A stretch of 64,000 nt of DNA from a virus (IMGVR_UViG_3300025678_000005), one strand, 5' to 3'. Positions 1 to 9,901 are shown, numbered from the stretch's first letter. A program made the numbers and translations. The notes: generated by a model from the sequence alone, not told the origin.

Positions 1-93
1 GTTTCTGATTTTATTACCGAAGAGATAACAAATTTCTCTGGTAATAATGTAGAGAGAGAATTTCCTGTTTGGGAAATTCTCTAATAAAAAGAT

Positions 94-126
94 AGAGAGG
101 GAGAAGAAATTCTCTCTCTCTTTTTT
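94..126 (+). terminator. Probable intrinsic terminator
   Basis: AGAGAGGGAGAA-GAAA-TTCTCTCTCTCT hairpin followed by a T run. Confidence 0.7.
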
Positions 127-442
127 AAAATAGTATAGTATAAAATAATATAAGTCCTGAGCAAGACAGCAAACTGCTTTGGTAGCAACTTACACTCTAC
201 CAATAATATGATGAAGTATAGTAGTCATATTTAAAAGGAAAGGTAAGAGGTATAAGAATAAGACATGTGTACATGATCTTATCGCCTAAATAGGGAGCTT
301 GGCATGTGATTAAACTGGTACACCAGTCCGTAGTAGTCACTAAGTTTGTACCTTTAATAGATGAAAGGTATGGTGCAGGGATTGGGAATGCCTGTTATAG
401 AGAATACCTGAAAGTTCTCTAATTATATTTTTAAGAGGAGTA

Positions 443-470
443 TGCTGAAAATCCTTTAAAAGAGTAGGCA
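443..470 (+). promoter_or_regulatory. Repeated leader hairpin (loop-E-like), copy 1
   Basis: TGCT-GAAAATCC..AGAGTA-GGCA, 21 nt upstream of ATG 492; related copies at 2695 and 3647. Confidence 0.55.
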
Positions 471-491
471 AACTAAATAATAAATAAAATC

Positions 492-941
492 ATGAATACA
501 AATATATTTAAGGCGGTAAAAATGCAAGATGCAAATGAAAAATTTAAAGCGCTAAGATTGCAAGATACGGCTAAAAAGATTGCTATTGACATCTCTTATA
601 ACTTGTCTTTTTTATATAATGAGGCTATAAGAGAAGGATTTATAAATAGTTATAATCTTGAAATTTTTCCTAACGGAGAATATGGTTATGAGATAATAGT
701 TTATCCCGAATATCAAAGCAATAATAAAAAGTTGGATTTCTTTCGTTATAATCTAATAGTATTTATTTATACCGACGGAGGATTAGATGATTTTCGAGTA
801 TGGAAAGATAGCAATATTGTTAATATATCTATTCATATGTACAGCAAACCAATTAAAACAGTAAGAAAAGAATTTAATGAATTATTTGAAATTGGTTTGA
901 AAGAAATTAACGAAGCAATAGCGTCATTGATTTATGAATAA
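492..941 (+). CDS. Hypothetical early protein
   Basis: 149 aa ORF with A-rich leader. Confidence 0.7.
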   Translation: MNTNIFKAVKMQDANEKFKALRLQDTAKKIAIDISYNLSFLYNEAIREGFINSYNLEIFPNGEYGYEIIVYPEYQSNNKKLDFFRYNLIVFIYTDGGLDDFRVWKDSNIVNISIHMYSKPIKTVRKEFNELFEIGLKEINEAIASLIYE

Positions 942-1061
942 ATGGGAAATGAAATATAGTAGTAAGCAAAAAACAACAATGGATTTACTTAAGTTGTTCT
1001 AAAATGGAACATGTTAGATAGTTATTAGCAAACAAAAAACAACAACTTAAAATGCAAAAAT

Positions 1062-1718
1062 ATGGAAACAAACGAATTACAATTGACTGAAAAAAGCACT
1101 GGAAGATATAAAAGTGCATACGAGTTTATTGATGCATTAAAACCGCAGGACATGTTGTCGGTAATCAGAATGTGCCCAAGCGAAAAATTGAAGATTTTCA
1201 AAAGCGAAACAAACATAGAATACCTTGAGAAAGGATTAGAAGCCATGAAACAGGCAAGAAATGAATATTTAAAGCGAATTAAAGAAAAGACGGTAAGAAG
1301 GGATAATGATTTAATAAGGTGGAATAAAAACCTTGTCGAAGATGCCGAATCATATTTAAACGATTTAAAAACAAAAGAAATTATAAAACGAGGGGCTACT
1401 CAATCAGAATTAGATAGTTTTTTGAAAGCATTGGAAACCAAATATGCTTCTGACATAATAGGTGTTGACACGTTTTATAAAAAACTTACAGAGCAACAAG
1501 TTGATTACTTATTGCTTAAACTAACCGACAATTGCAAATATAAACCGTTTTTAAGAGAGTGTGACTTTAAGACGAAGGCAGATTATCGACGATATAGGAT
1601 AAAAACCGACGTTATTCAAAATCTTTTGTATCAGAAAACAAAGAAATATCCTTATTTTGATATTTTCGAATCCGAACTGAATAATTTTTACAATACAGTC
1701 AATAAAAACAACAATTAA
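1062..1718 (+). CDS. Hypothetical early protein
   Basis: 218 aa ORF. Confidence 0.75.
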   Translation: METNELQLTEKSTGRYKSAYEFIDALKPQDMLSVIRMCPSEKLKIFKSETNIEYLEKGLEAMKQARNEYLKRIKEKTVRRDNDLIRWNKNLVEDAESYLNDLKTKEIIKRGATQSELDSFLKALETKYASDIIGVDTFYKKLTEQQVDYLLLKLTDNCKYKPFLRECDFKTKADYRRYRIKTDVIQNLLYQKTKKYPYFDIFESELNNFYNTVNKNNN

Positions 1719-2061
1719 AATTTTATTAAAATAAGCCTAATTGAAGACAGATTAGAATTTAGTTTAATGGTAGATACATTTCATGGTACAGATGAAGAAA
1801 TGTATGTTGCTTTTAGTCAAGTTAGTGAGGCTATAAGAGAACTAAGAAGATTAAGAGATAAATGTGATGAATTAAATAAAAGAATATTTGAATTAGAAAA
1901 CAAAAATTAAAGATTATAGATACGAAAAGAGAGCAAATTATGGAGTTTCTCGAAACATTGCCGACGCCAATTGACGTTTTGAGTCTTGTCGATATCGGTG
2001 ATGTATAAATGGCGTTGCCGACTTTGAAACAAATAATTATCAATTAAAAACGAAGATAGAT

Positions 2062-2328
2062 ATGAAATACAAACTTACAATTACAGACGGATACGGTAAT
2101 GAACATTTATACAATGTTGTGCGCAGTTCTTCTGATGAGCCAAAAAATTTGAATGACTTCATTTTAGAAGCCCTTTCAATTAGTGAAGATAAAAGACAAT
2201 TGCCGTTTTTAATTCAATGCCCTAATGGATTAGAAGTACATCCTTCAATTAAAATGAAGTTTGAAAATTATGGTAGTTCGTTGTTTGGTGATAAACTCGA
2301 AGCAATGATGGTAACGTGGCGTGATTGA
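2062..2328 (+). CDS. Cassette-borne hypothetical protein; start codon lies inside the attC-like site
   Basis: 88 aa ORF crossing the GTT junction at 2116. Confidence 0.7.
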   Translation: MKYKLTITDGYGNEHLYNVVRSSSDEPKNLNDFILEALSISEDKRQLPFLIQCPNGLEVHPSIKMKFENYGSSLFGDKLEAMMVTWRD

Positions 2329-2410
2329 ATTGCGCACAACGTTCCGATTATTTGCGTTCGGTGGGAATTAAAACCACTGAACCTCATTTTAAAAACAAAA
2401 CTTTAATAAT

Positions 2411-2671
2411 ATGCAAAACGATGATTTGAAAAATAACACCCCCACTGACGCAAATAATGTATTAGTGGCTGGGCTTTCTCTCATTCAAGCTAAATATGCC
2501 GCAATGATTGAAAGTAAAAAAATAAGACACTGTTCCTTTATGGATGATGAATATCTCTACTATAAAAATGGTTGTTGGTTCACTCATGATGATTATCAAT
2601 TACCAGATGTGTGTTTTTTAAATGAACAAGAACAAGGGTGGTGGAATAATAGTTGGTCGGTGGTGTCATAG
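2411..2671 (+). CDS. Cassette-borne hypothetical protein; start codon lies inside the attC-like site
   Basis: 86 aa ORF, N-terminus MQND..DANNVL encoded within the palindrome. Confidence 0.7.
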   Translation: MQNDDLKNNTPTDANNVLVAGLSLIQAKYAAMIESKKIRHCSFMDDEYLYYKNGCWFTHDDYQLPDVCFLNEQEQGWWNNSWSVVS

Positions 2672-2694
2672 CCTTGCCACTAACATAAGGAGGT

Positions 2695-2721
2695 TGCCGA
2701 AAATCCATAAAAGAGTAGGCA
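2695..2721 (+). promoter_or_regulatory. Repeated leader hairpin, copy 2
   Basis: TGCC-GAAAATCC..AGAGTA-GGCA upstream of ATG 2745. Confidence 0.55.
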
Positions 2722-2744
2722 AAACAAAAAAAACAAATAAACAA

Positions 2745-2987
2745 ATGGAAAAATTAAAAAAAATCCAAGTAGAAGCAGCATCAGAAAAAGCTGCTATGGT
2801 TCTTTACAGGTATTTAAATAGTTTAAATACCATTGATTTTGAAGGATCAATTTTTATTGAAAATCTTCAAAATGAAATTTTTGGAGCCGATCTTAATCCT
2901 GTTGATGATTCGTTTAATTTAATCATCGAAACAGATTTAAGAATATGTAAAGTTTCATATGAAATCAGTACTTATAGATACAATTAA
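2745..2987 (+). CDS. Hypothetical protein, paralog of 2990-3217
   Basis: Likely start MEKLKK at 2745; shares GSIF and L.PV.DSF with the next ORF. Confidence 0.65.
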   Translation: MEKLKKIQVEAASEKAAMVLYRYLNSLNTIDFEGSIFIENLQNEIFGADLNPVDDSFNLIIETDLRICKVSYEISTYRYN

Positions 2988-2989
2988 AT

Positions 2990-3217
2990 ATGAAACCTAT
3001 TGTAAAAAATGTTAAAGTGTCGGCCTATTCTCCAAAGGCCATGTCTATGTTACTACCTTATATTGGAGATATTAAAGGTAGCATTTTTGATCCTCGTGCT
3101 TTTAAACACGAACTTTATTTTATGATAAATAAATATAATTTAGACCCAGTAAAAGATAGTTTTACTATCAATATTTCTGCTGGAAATAAATTGTATACTT
3201 TTCAGTATAAAGATTAG
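2990..3217 (+). CDS. Hypothetical protein, paralog of 2745-2987
   Basis: 75 aa ORF with the shared motifs. Confidence 0.65.
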   Translation: MKPIVKNVKVSAYSPKAMSMLLPYIGDIKGSIFDPRAFKHELYFMINKYNLDPVKDSFTINISAGNKLYTFQYKD

Positions 3218-3240
3218 TTAAATACTTTAAAACTAAAAGT

Positions 3241-3615
3241 ATGGTAGAAGATAAAATTGCTAATCTGCTTATAAAAAATAAATCCTATTTAATTGATGTC
3301 ATTTCAATAAGAATTAAGGATTGTATCAATATGCTCGCACAATCCATAGAAGAGATTTATGATGTAAATGAGACTTATATTTTTTATAAGCGCAATGGAT
3401 TAGATTTAGCCTATAATAAGAAGTCTGCCAAAGAAATGAAACTTCTTATTGAAAATTTGAAAAAAGAAGATATTGAAGCAATTAATGCTATACAGTATGC
3501 TTCTTTAATTAAAGCTTTGGCGATAGTTGGTAATAAAACTATCGACCCATATGAATATGAACTTATTCTTGCTTATTGTATGGATAAACTCATACAAATT
3601 AACCTTACAATATAA
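3241..3615 (+). CDS. Hypothetical protein
   Basis: 124 aa ORF. Confidence 0.65.
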   Translation: MVEDKIANLLIKNKSYLIDVISIRIKDCINMLAQSIEEIYDVNETYIFYKRNGLDLAYNKKSAKEMKLLIENLKKEDIEAINAIQYASLIKALAIVGNKTIDPYEYELILAYCMDKLIQINLTI

Positions 3616-3646
3616 TAGGGTATCCTATTATATTTTTTAAAGAGTG

Positions 3647-3670
3647 TGCTGAAAATCTTAAGAGTAAGCA
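3647..3670 (+). promoter_or_regulatory. Repeated leader hairpin, copy 3
   Basis: TGCT-GAAAATCTTAAGAGTA-AGCA upstream of a small ORF at 3688. Confidence 0.5.
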
Positions 3671-4030
3671 AATTAAAATAATGTATCATGAAAGAATATT
3701 ATTTATTACCAGATGGGTCTTTATCTAATACAAGACCTGTCGATTATGATAGAAGATGAATTCTATTGTAATAACAGTTTTAAAGTTTGTACTGTTAAAC
3801 GAACTTTATGTTTTATTTATTAACTTGTTAAACTAAATTATATTTATGCTAAAGAAGTATTATCTTACTACCAATGGAAATATCCTAGATACAAAAAAGA
3901 AATGTTTTTTAACTCCAACTGGACACTTCTTAAGAGATGTATCTGAAGAAGAACTGGGTTACTATACTAAAAAATTAACCCCAATTATTCTTTTTAAAAA
4001 TATTAATAAACAGTAAAAAAGTTTAAAAAT

Positions 4031-4342
4031 ATGAAAAAGGAAAAAGAAGCTATTTATTTCTTTATTTGTTTATTGTTTCTAATAGCAATTACTTCTTTTA
4101 TGCTTTGTAACTGTACAGAGACAAAAAGAAGTGCTTCTATTACTATAAAAGAACAAAAGAATATAATAAGAGAGTCTCCAAGAAAGGTTTACATTAATCC
4201 TTACAAATATTTTGTTTTGTATGGAGACTCTTTTAAATTGAAAGAGCAAATAATAATCACCAATCAAAAGAAAGCAAAGAGAATTATTCATTGTCTTGAG
4301 AGAGATAACATAAAATATATATATTATGAAAAAGGTGAGTAA
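4031..4342 (+). CDS. Hypothetical membrane or lipoprotein-like protein
   Basis: N-terminal hydrophobic stretch followed by Cys. Confidence 0.55.
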   Translation: MKKEKEAIYFFICLLFLIAITSFMLCNCTETKRSASITIKEQKNIIRESPRKVYINPYKYFVLYGDSFKLKEQIIITNQKKAKRIIHCLERDNIKYIYYEKGE

Positions 4343-4498
4343 TAAACAAGCGAAAGAAACCGCATTAAAAGATATGCGGGAAGAAGGAATGCATTATAAT
4401 CCTTCTTTTGATTATAGAATGCGAAATTAAAAAGTTGGTTTGACGGATAGTCATCACTGGGAGTACCTCAAGCTCCTTTATAAAAAAATTAATTAATT

Positions 4499-4864
4499 AT
4501 GGATCTATACAAAGAAATAGAGTATATTGTTGGTACTAATAAAGACACAATAAAATATATTTGTATCGACAGTTTAAACAATTATATGGATATAATGTTC
4601 TATGCTTTTCGACATAAAATAAATGAAACAGAACATCTTATAAAATATATAAAGGATTCTCATGTATTTTATTTTGATAAAAATGTTATTCCTGTTTTGA
4701 GTAATGTTATTGAAAAGATAGAAAAAGAAGATTTTGGTTTCACAGCAGAGGAATGCTATTATTTTAGCAAAGCTCTTATACTTAGAAAAGATATTCAAGT
4801 AAATAACTTTCTACTGGATGAATTGGCTTCCTGTCTGCTTTCTGTAATTACTAAAGAATTTTAA
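4499..4864 (+). CDS. Hypothetical protein
   Basis: 121 aa ORF. Confidence 0.6.
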   Translation: MDLYKEIEYIVGTNKDTIKYICIDSLNNYMDIMFYAFRHKINETEHLIKYIKDSHVFYFDKNVIPVLSNVIEKIEKEDFGFTAEECYYFSKALILRKDIQVNNFLLDELASCLLSVITKEF

Positions 4865-5153
4865 CATGAAAACTCTTAAAGGAGTGTTTAAAACTGTTAA
4901 TAAATTTGAATGTAATGATGAAATTTTAACAGTTATTCCAATTGAATTAATCATAAATAAAATTGAATTGGAGAGGGAATGCTTTGTGAATGTGAGAGTT
5001 AACTCCTCTAATTCCCTCGTCATAACTTCGATCTGTTATCTTTCAGATCTTAATTTTCAATAAAAAAACTCTTATATACTAAAAATTCACTTTTTTTCAT
5101 TATTATCCTTTTTTAAACAATTAAACTATTTATTAATATAAAATTAGAAAATT

Positions 5154-5465
5154 ATGAACCCAAACATTGAAAATTTAATGATTTTGTTGGAAGAATTAAA
5201 GAAAAAAGATTTATCTACCGACGATTTGATTTTTGAAGTTGAACAAAGTATTGCCTCTTGGAAGCCGTATCATCATTTAGACCCTGATGTAAGAAATGCT
5301 TGTAGTGTAAAAGAACTAGCTGCAGAAGATATTATGGAAGTTTTGCTTAATAATGCTATAAAAAATCCATCTTATCTTGTAGAAAATTTGGAAAAAGTAT
5401 TTTCAAAAAGATCTTTAGCTTTCATGATGTATAGAGCCATAATGCAAGCTATTGAGCAAAAATAA
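5154..5465 (+). CDS. Tandem paralog family member 1
   Basis: Shared I.N start, W.P..H..AC and KR motifs. Confidence 0.75.
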   Translation: MNPNIENLMILLEELKKKDLSTDDLIFEVEQSIASWKPYHHLDPDVRNACSVKELAAEDIMEVLLNNAIKNPSYLVENLEKVFSKRSLAFMMYRAIMQAIEQK

Positions 5466-5477
5466 ATTTCATAAAGT

Positions 5478-5795
5478 ATGGAACAAATTATTGAAAATTT
5501 AAAAGCTCTTTTAAAAAAATTAAAAAAAGAAAAACCAGTATCAAATGAAACAGTTTTAGAGTTTGAACAAAATATTACAGCTTTAAAACCTTATAATCAT
5601 CAGGAATCTTAGTTAAGAAAAGCTTGTGATGCCTGATATAAACAGGATAATAGAAACAATATCTGATGAAGAAACAGAACATTCATCTCAAACGATAGAA
5701 GCTTTAAAAAAACTTTTTCTAAGAGATCTTTAATTTATGGAATGTACTTAATTATATTAAGGTTATTAAAAGAAATACAAACTTTACAAAATTAG
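5478..5795 (+). pseudogene. Degenerate member 2 of the tandem family
   Basis: MEQIIENL..KPYNHQES*LRKAC with internal stops and frameshift; end approximate. Confidence 0.65.
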
Positions 5796-5802
5796 TATTA
5801 AT

Positions 5803-6132
5803 ATGGATCAAAGAATAGAAAATTTTATAGATTTTTTGATAGATCTTGATAAAAAAGATCTATCAACAGAAAAGATTATTCAAAAGATAGAAAGTTATTT
5901 ATCTTCTTGGAGGCCTTTTGATCATGATGCAGATTCATTAGAAGACGCTTGTAAACCAGAAATGGCACCTGTACAAAGTATAACCGATCTTTTTACAAAA
6001 AATGCAGATGATTCTATGTCTTCAATTGTAGAAAACTTAGAAAAACTTGTTACAAAAAGAACCCTTACATTTGCTTTATATAAAAGTATGTTAGAAGAAT
6101 TTGAAATTTTTAAATCAGAACATAAATTATGA
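5803..6132 (+). CDS. Tandem paralog family member 3
   Basis: Same motifs. Confidence 0.75.
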   Translation: MDQRIENFIDFLIDLDKKDLSTEKIIQKIESYLSSWRPFDHDADSLEDACKPEMAPVQSITDLFTKNADDSMSSIVENLEKLVTKRTLTFALYKSMLEEFEIFKSEHKL

Positions 6133-6449
6133 ATCAAAATATCTCAAATCTAATAGATATGCTATTAGATATAAATGATGATTTACCTATTGAATCATTA
6201 ATATTAAAAATTGAAAATCAAGTAGCAACTTGGACACCGTATAATCATGCTTCTGATTCAATGCTCGAAGCTTGCAATATTTCAGAAAAAACTTTAGACA
6301 GATTAAAGAAAAATATACTTAAATCTTTAGATTTTAAACCATCTGAATTTATTGAAGAAGTAGAAAAAACGCTGCCTAAAAGAGCGGTCACATATGTGTT
6401 ATTTAGAAGCATATTGAATGTTTGTGATCATCACATGCAAAAAAAGTAA
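6129..6449 (+). CDS. Tandem paralog family member 4
   Basis: Same motifs; ATGA overlap with previous gene. Confidence 0.75.
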   Translation: MNQNISNLIDMLLDINDDLPIESLILKIENQVATWTPYNHASDSMLEACNISEKTLDRLKKNILKSLDFKPSEFIEEVEKTLPKRAVTYVLFRSILNVCDHHMQKK

Positions 6450-6580
6450 TAACCTTTATGTGTCTAGAAATAAAATCTTCATTAATTGTGTCAAAGGAAC
6501 TCATTATTTGTTATAAGGCCATTAAACGAATAAAGAAGGCAGATAAAATCTTTATAATAAAATAATCAATTAACTAAAAT

Positions 6581-6649
6581 GGGGCAGTCTGGGTTGGTTT
6601 TCCTCTATTGAGAGAAAACATTACGTGGGTTCAATTCCCACCTGCTCCA
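6581..6649 (+). ncRNA. tRNA-like RNA resembling an isolated tmRNA tRNA-like domain
   Basis: Acceptor GGGGCAG/CTGCTCC-A with G3.U70; T-arm GTGGG-TTCAATT-CCCAC; no D-stem; GTTTTC(C)TCT-ATTG-AGAGAAAAC hairpin in place of an anticodon arm. Confidence 0.65.
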
Positions 6650-7862
6650 CTTTTTAAATCTTTAAGGTTATGGCTATAATAGTGACATTTAATTTAAAAA
6701 AACAAAAAGATACTTTAATATGGGATCAATATTTTATGAATTATGATGATCTCTTAAGATATAAGAAAAGAATAGAAAGTGAAGAAAAATCTTCTATATT
6801 GATTACTAATATAAGAGAAGTTTAATTTAATAAAAATAAAATTAAAATGAAAAAAGAAATATTAACCGCTGAATTGGTAAATAAATTTGGTATAGAAGGA
6901 AATGGTAGAAAATTATTTTATAAATTATCTCATAAAATAAAAAGGGGACAAGTACCATTTCATAATGATGATATTGTAAAAAGTTTGGAAGAAGACAAAG
7001 AATTTCTTCTTAAGGATGAATTTAAACAATATGTTGATGATTGTTTAGATGGAATTGAATATGTGTGTATTTCGGATGCTTTTGGATTTTATGAACGTTG
7101 CTGCAACTTCTTGTGAAAGATGTGGAAAGAAAGAATATTTAATATTCCCAACTGCTATAGGAGGTGAAAATACATTTTCAATGTCTGGTGGAGATAGATT
7201 TTCTATGAAAGAACCAGAATTTTATCTTAAAGAACTTGCTGAATTAAACGGCTTTAAATGGGGAGGTATAAAATAATGGAACAAAATGAAAAACAAAGAC
7301 TTGAAAAAATTATACGTACAGAAAAATCATTTACAGATGAAGAGCTTTTTAAAGAAATTTTATCTCTTTTAGAGAAACAAAGACACTATGCAAGATTATT
7401 ATATAATGAAGAATATGTTAATGAAGAAGAAGAAAAGAAATTTGAAGTGTATCTTTATTATATAGAAAAACAAATAAGACTTCTTCTTGCTTTAATTTAA
7501 AAAAATTTATTATATAATTGATTTCAATATCAAAATAAAGAAAGAAAATACAAATCAAATAAAAAAAATTAAAATTTAACAATTTAAAAATTTACAACTA
7601 TGCAATTTATTGAAATTAAAACTAAGAGAGGGATAAATGTTTTGATAAATATAAATTTTATTGATTGTGTAATTGAAGATTTAATTACTCAAGAAATTAA
7701 TATTTATTCAGTAGGCTTTGATTCTCCTCTTACAGTAAACATGTCTTTAAAGGAATTTAAAGACAAATATTTATTATCAACAATTTAAAAATTTACAAGT
7801 CAAAATTTGAAATTAACATAAATACAAACTTAGATGCACGAAAGGCATGTTTTATACTTGCT

Positions 7863-8103
7863 GTTAGGCATCTGTAAAAATTACGGTTATGAGAACAGAT
7901 GGTAAAAAAGAAATTTTAACGTATTGGGTAAGGCATACGAATGAAAAGAAACACTACTTTAAATGGGATTGGAGTATGATATGGATACTTGTAAAATATA
8001 GACTTTTGTGGGGAATGAAAATTTCTTTTACAGTAATAAAGGCAATAGATAGAGAAGAATACTTGGTGCAGTTTTTCGCCGAGTAATTTTTATTGTGCCT
8101 AAC
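7863..8103. mobile_element. Single integron-like cassette with truncated attC-like site
   Basis: Inverted ends GTTAGGCA..TAAAAATTAC / GTAATTTTTA..TGCCTAAC around ORF 7889-8086. Confidence 0.6.
7889..8086 (+). CDS. Cassette-borne hypothetical protein
   Basis: 65 aa ORF between the cassette ends. Confidence 0.6.
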   Translation: MRTDGKKEILTYWVRHTNEKKHYFKWDWSMIWILVKYRLLWGMKISFTVIKAIDREEYLVQFFAE

Positions 8104-8746
8104 AGTTGTTTGATTATACAAGGAATAAGAGCGAGAGAAAGTAAGGCAAGGAGCGAAATGCCTATTGAATATAGTTATTTGTTTTGCAATGAAGCACAAA
8201 TTCAAGGCTTCAATTACAAACTATGGTTTTGTAATATTAGTCAGACAATTTAAAACTAAATATTATTCAGGAATTTATAGAACAACTCTAACTTGAGTGA
8301 CAACTTATAATAATAAAAATATGGAGCTAGAAATAACAAACTTAACTATTGTGGCTGAAATGAAAGATGGCAAACATTATGTTATTTTACCAAAAAAAGA
8401 AACATCTTCAGAAATTTTGAAACTTATTGTAGAAAAAGAAGGACATATTCCACTGTTTGATAAACCGTTAGAGAATTTTAACATACAAAATAATAATATA
8501 TTATAATTGTATTAATATTAAAATAATTAAAAACATGGCAAATATAAATGCTAAATTATATATTATGTCAAAAGAAACAACTATCAAAATACGTTTAGCA
8601 GAAGCAGAGCATTTATTACATCTTATTAAAATAAATGAAAGAGAGCATATGTATTATGGGTCTTATAAACAATATAGAAAAAGGAGTGATGATCTTAAAA
8701 ATAAATTGTTATTGGCCATTAATGAATTGACAAATAAATAAAAATT

Positions 8747-9004
8747 ATGGAATTTATACAAGAATCTACCATCAGTAAAATTTTTGATTCTATTTTAAGA
8801 AAACAAGAAGAAGTTTATATACAGGCTTTACGTATGAATGCCGTTCCACCAATTAAAGGTAAGATTACAAAAGGAAAGTTGAAATGGAGAGGTATCAAAC
8901 ATGTAACATATTATAATAATTTGGTACACGAAGAATGGTTAGAACAAAGAGGGAAACAAATTAGCGATAAAATAATTATTGAAATATCTCTTCCTGAAAT
9001 ATAA
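8747..9004 (+). CDS. Hypothetical phage protein
   Basis: 85 aa ORF (PPIKGKITKGKLKWRGI). Confidence 0.6.
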   Translation: MEFIQESTISKIFDSILRKQEEVYIQALRMNAVPPIKGKITKGKLKWRGIKHVTYYNNLVHEEWLEQRGKQISDKIIIEISLPEI

Positions 9005-9018
9005 ATATTATTTTAATT

Positions 9019-9384
9019 ATGAAAAAGATAAATGTAAAAGAATTAAATAAAAAGATAAAACTCTTAATATTAAAGAAAAAATATAAGTGGGCTGATAAGT
9101 ATCAATTGAAGGAAATTTTGAAGGGTATAAAAGAAAAATTAGATGTTTCTATTTATGCTAAACCAGTATTTAATTATATACAAATGGAAATAATTCGTTG
9201 GGGATTAGAAGAAGGATTGGATGTTCATTTGTATGCCGATAAAAAATTTAATTCAGAGCAAATGCTTCAAATTTATTTTGGATTAATAGATGAAATCAAT
9301 GTTGAAACATATGCTGATCCTAAAATACCTGCGGATGTAATGGAAAAAATTCGTAATGAGCTGATTTACAAAACATATAAATGA
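9019..9384 (+). CDS. Repeat protein (Q..I..G....LDV..YA repeats, ~26 aa)
   Basis: Three internal repeats visible in the translation. Confidence 0.65.
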   Translation: MKKINVKELNKKIKLLILKKKYKWADKYQLKEILKGIKEKLDVSIYAKPVFNYIQMEIIRWGLEEGLDVHLYADKKFNSEQMLQIYFGLIDEINVETYADPKIPADVMEKIRNELIYKTYK

Positions 9385-9433
9385 TTTTAAATATAAAAAA
9401 TTGTTTATTTCTATTTAAATTCAATGAAAATAA

Positions 9434-9718
9434 ATGAAATATTATTTTATACACAGAGAAGATGAGTCTTGTTATTCTAAAAGTATTATCAAAAAATATT
9501 TAGTAGAAAATAACTTAAAAGAAATCAATGTCTTTGAAGCTAAAAAATCAGAAAATTTAGATTTTTTGTATTGTAAAAAATTTCAAGAAATTGGTGATAA
9601 AAAATATTGTGGCAAAAATTGTGATGAGTATATTCCAAGAAATGGAAAAAATGGATGCTGTAAATATTTTGGTTACTGTTATGAACCTACAGATAAAATT
9701 ATAAAAATTAAAAAATAA
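9434..9718 (+). CDS. Cys-rich hypothetical protein
   Basis: C..CG..C..YIPRNGKNGCC. Confidence 0.6.
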   Translation: MKYYFIHREDESCYSKSIIKKYLVENNLKEINVFEAKKSENLDFLYCKKFQEIGDKKYCGKNCDEYIPRNGKNGCCKYFGYCYEPTDKIIKIKK

Positions 9719-9721
9719 AAA

Positions 9722-9842
9722 TATAGAAAAATCAAATTCAAATAATAATAATTCAACACAATCAATTTTAGAAAGTAAATTTAGATAATTAGAGTCCGTG
9801 CCCGATGAATTAGAAATTTTTTGTGAATATCTATTAAGATAA
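9722..9842 (+). pseudogene. Decayed partial duplicate of gene 9902-10189
   Basis: IEKSNS..TQSILESKFR*LESVPDELEIFCEYL aligns to METLNS..TQPILEGQLKKLESMVNEFECYCEHL. Confidence 0.6.
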
Positions 9843-9901
9843 GAAAAATAAAGAAAGAAAAATAAAAGTTTTTAAATATAAAATAAAAAAATTAAACTAT
9901 T

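Larger units (their letters stand above)
1996..2683. mobile_element. Array of two integron-like cassettes (attC-like sites on minus strand, genes on plus strand)
   Basis: Palindromes TGTATAAATG..GTTGCCG/CGGTAAT..CATTTATACA and TTATTTGCGT..GTGGG/CCCAC..ACGCAAATAA; complementary cassette ends GTTGTGCGCA(2116)/TGCGCACAAC(2331) and TTAGTGGC(2462)/GCCACTAAC(2676). Confidence 0.7.

Noticed and set aside
151-180. Hammerhead ribozyme
   Set aside because: CTGA is present but the CUGANGA/GAAA core and three stems are not
6581-6649. Canonical or suppressor tRNA call
   Set aside because: No D-stem; the CTA-loop fold needs two G.U pairs and a pyrimidine at position 37
6847-7276. Programmed frameshift joining two overlapping ORFs
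   Set aside because: No clear slippery site; cannot be distinguished from mutation or two genes
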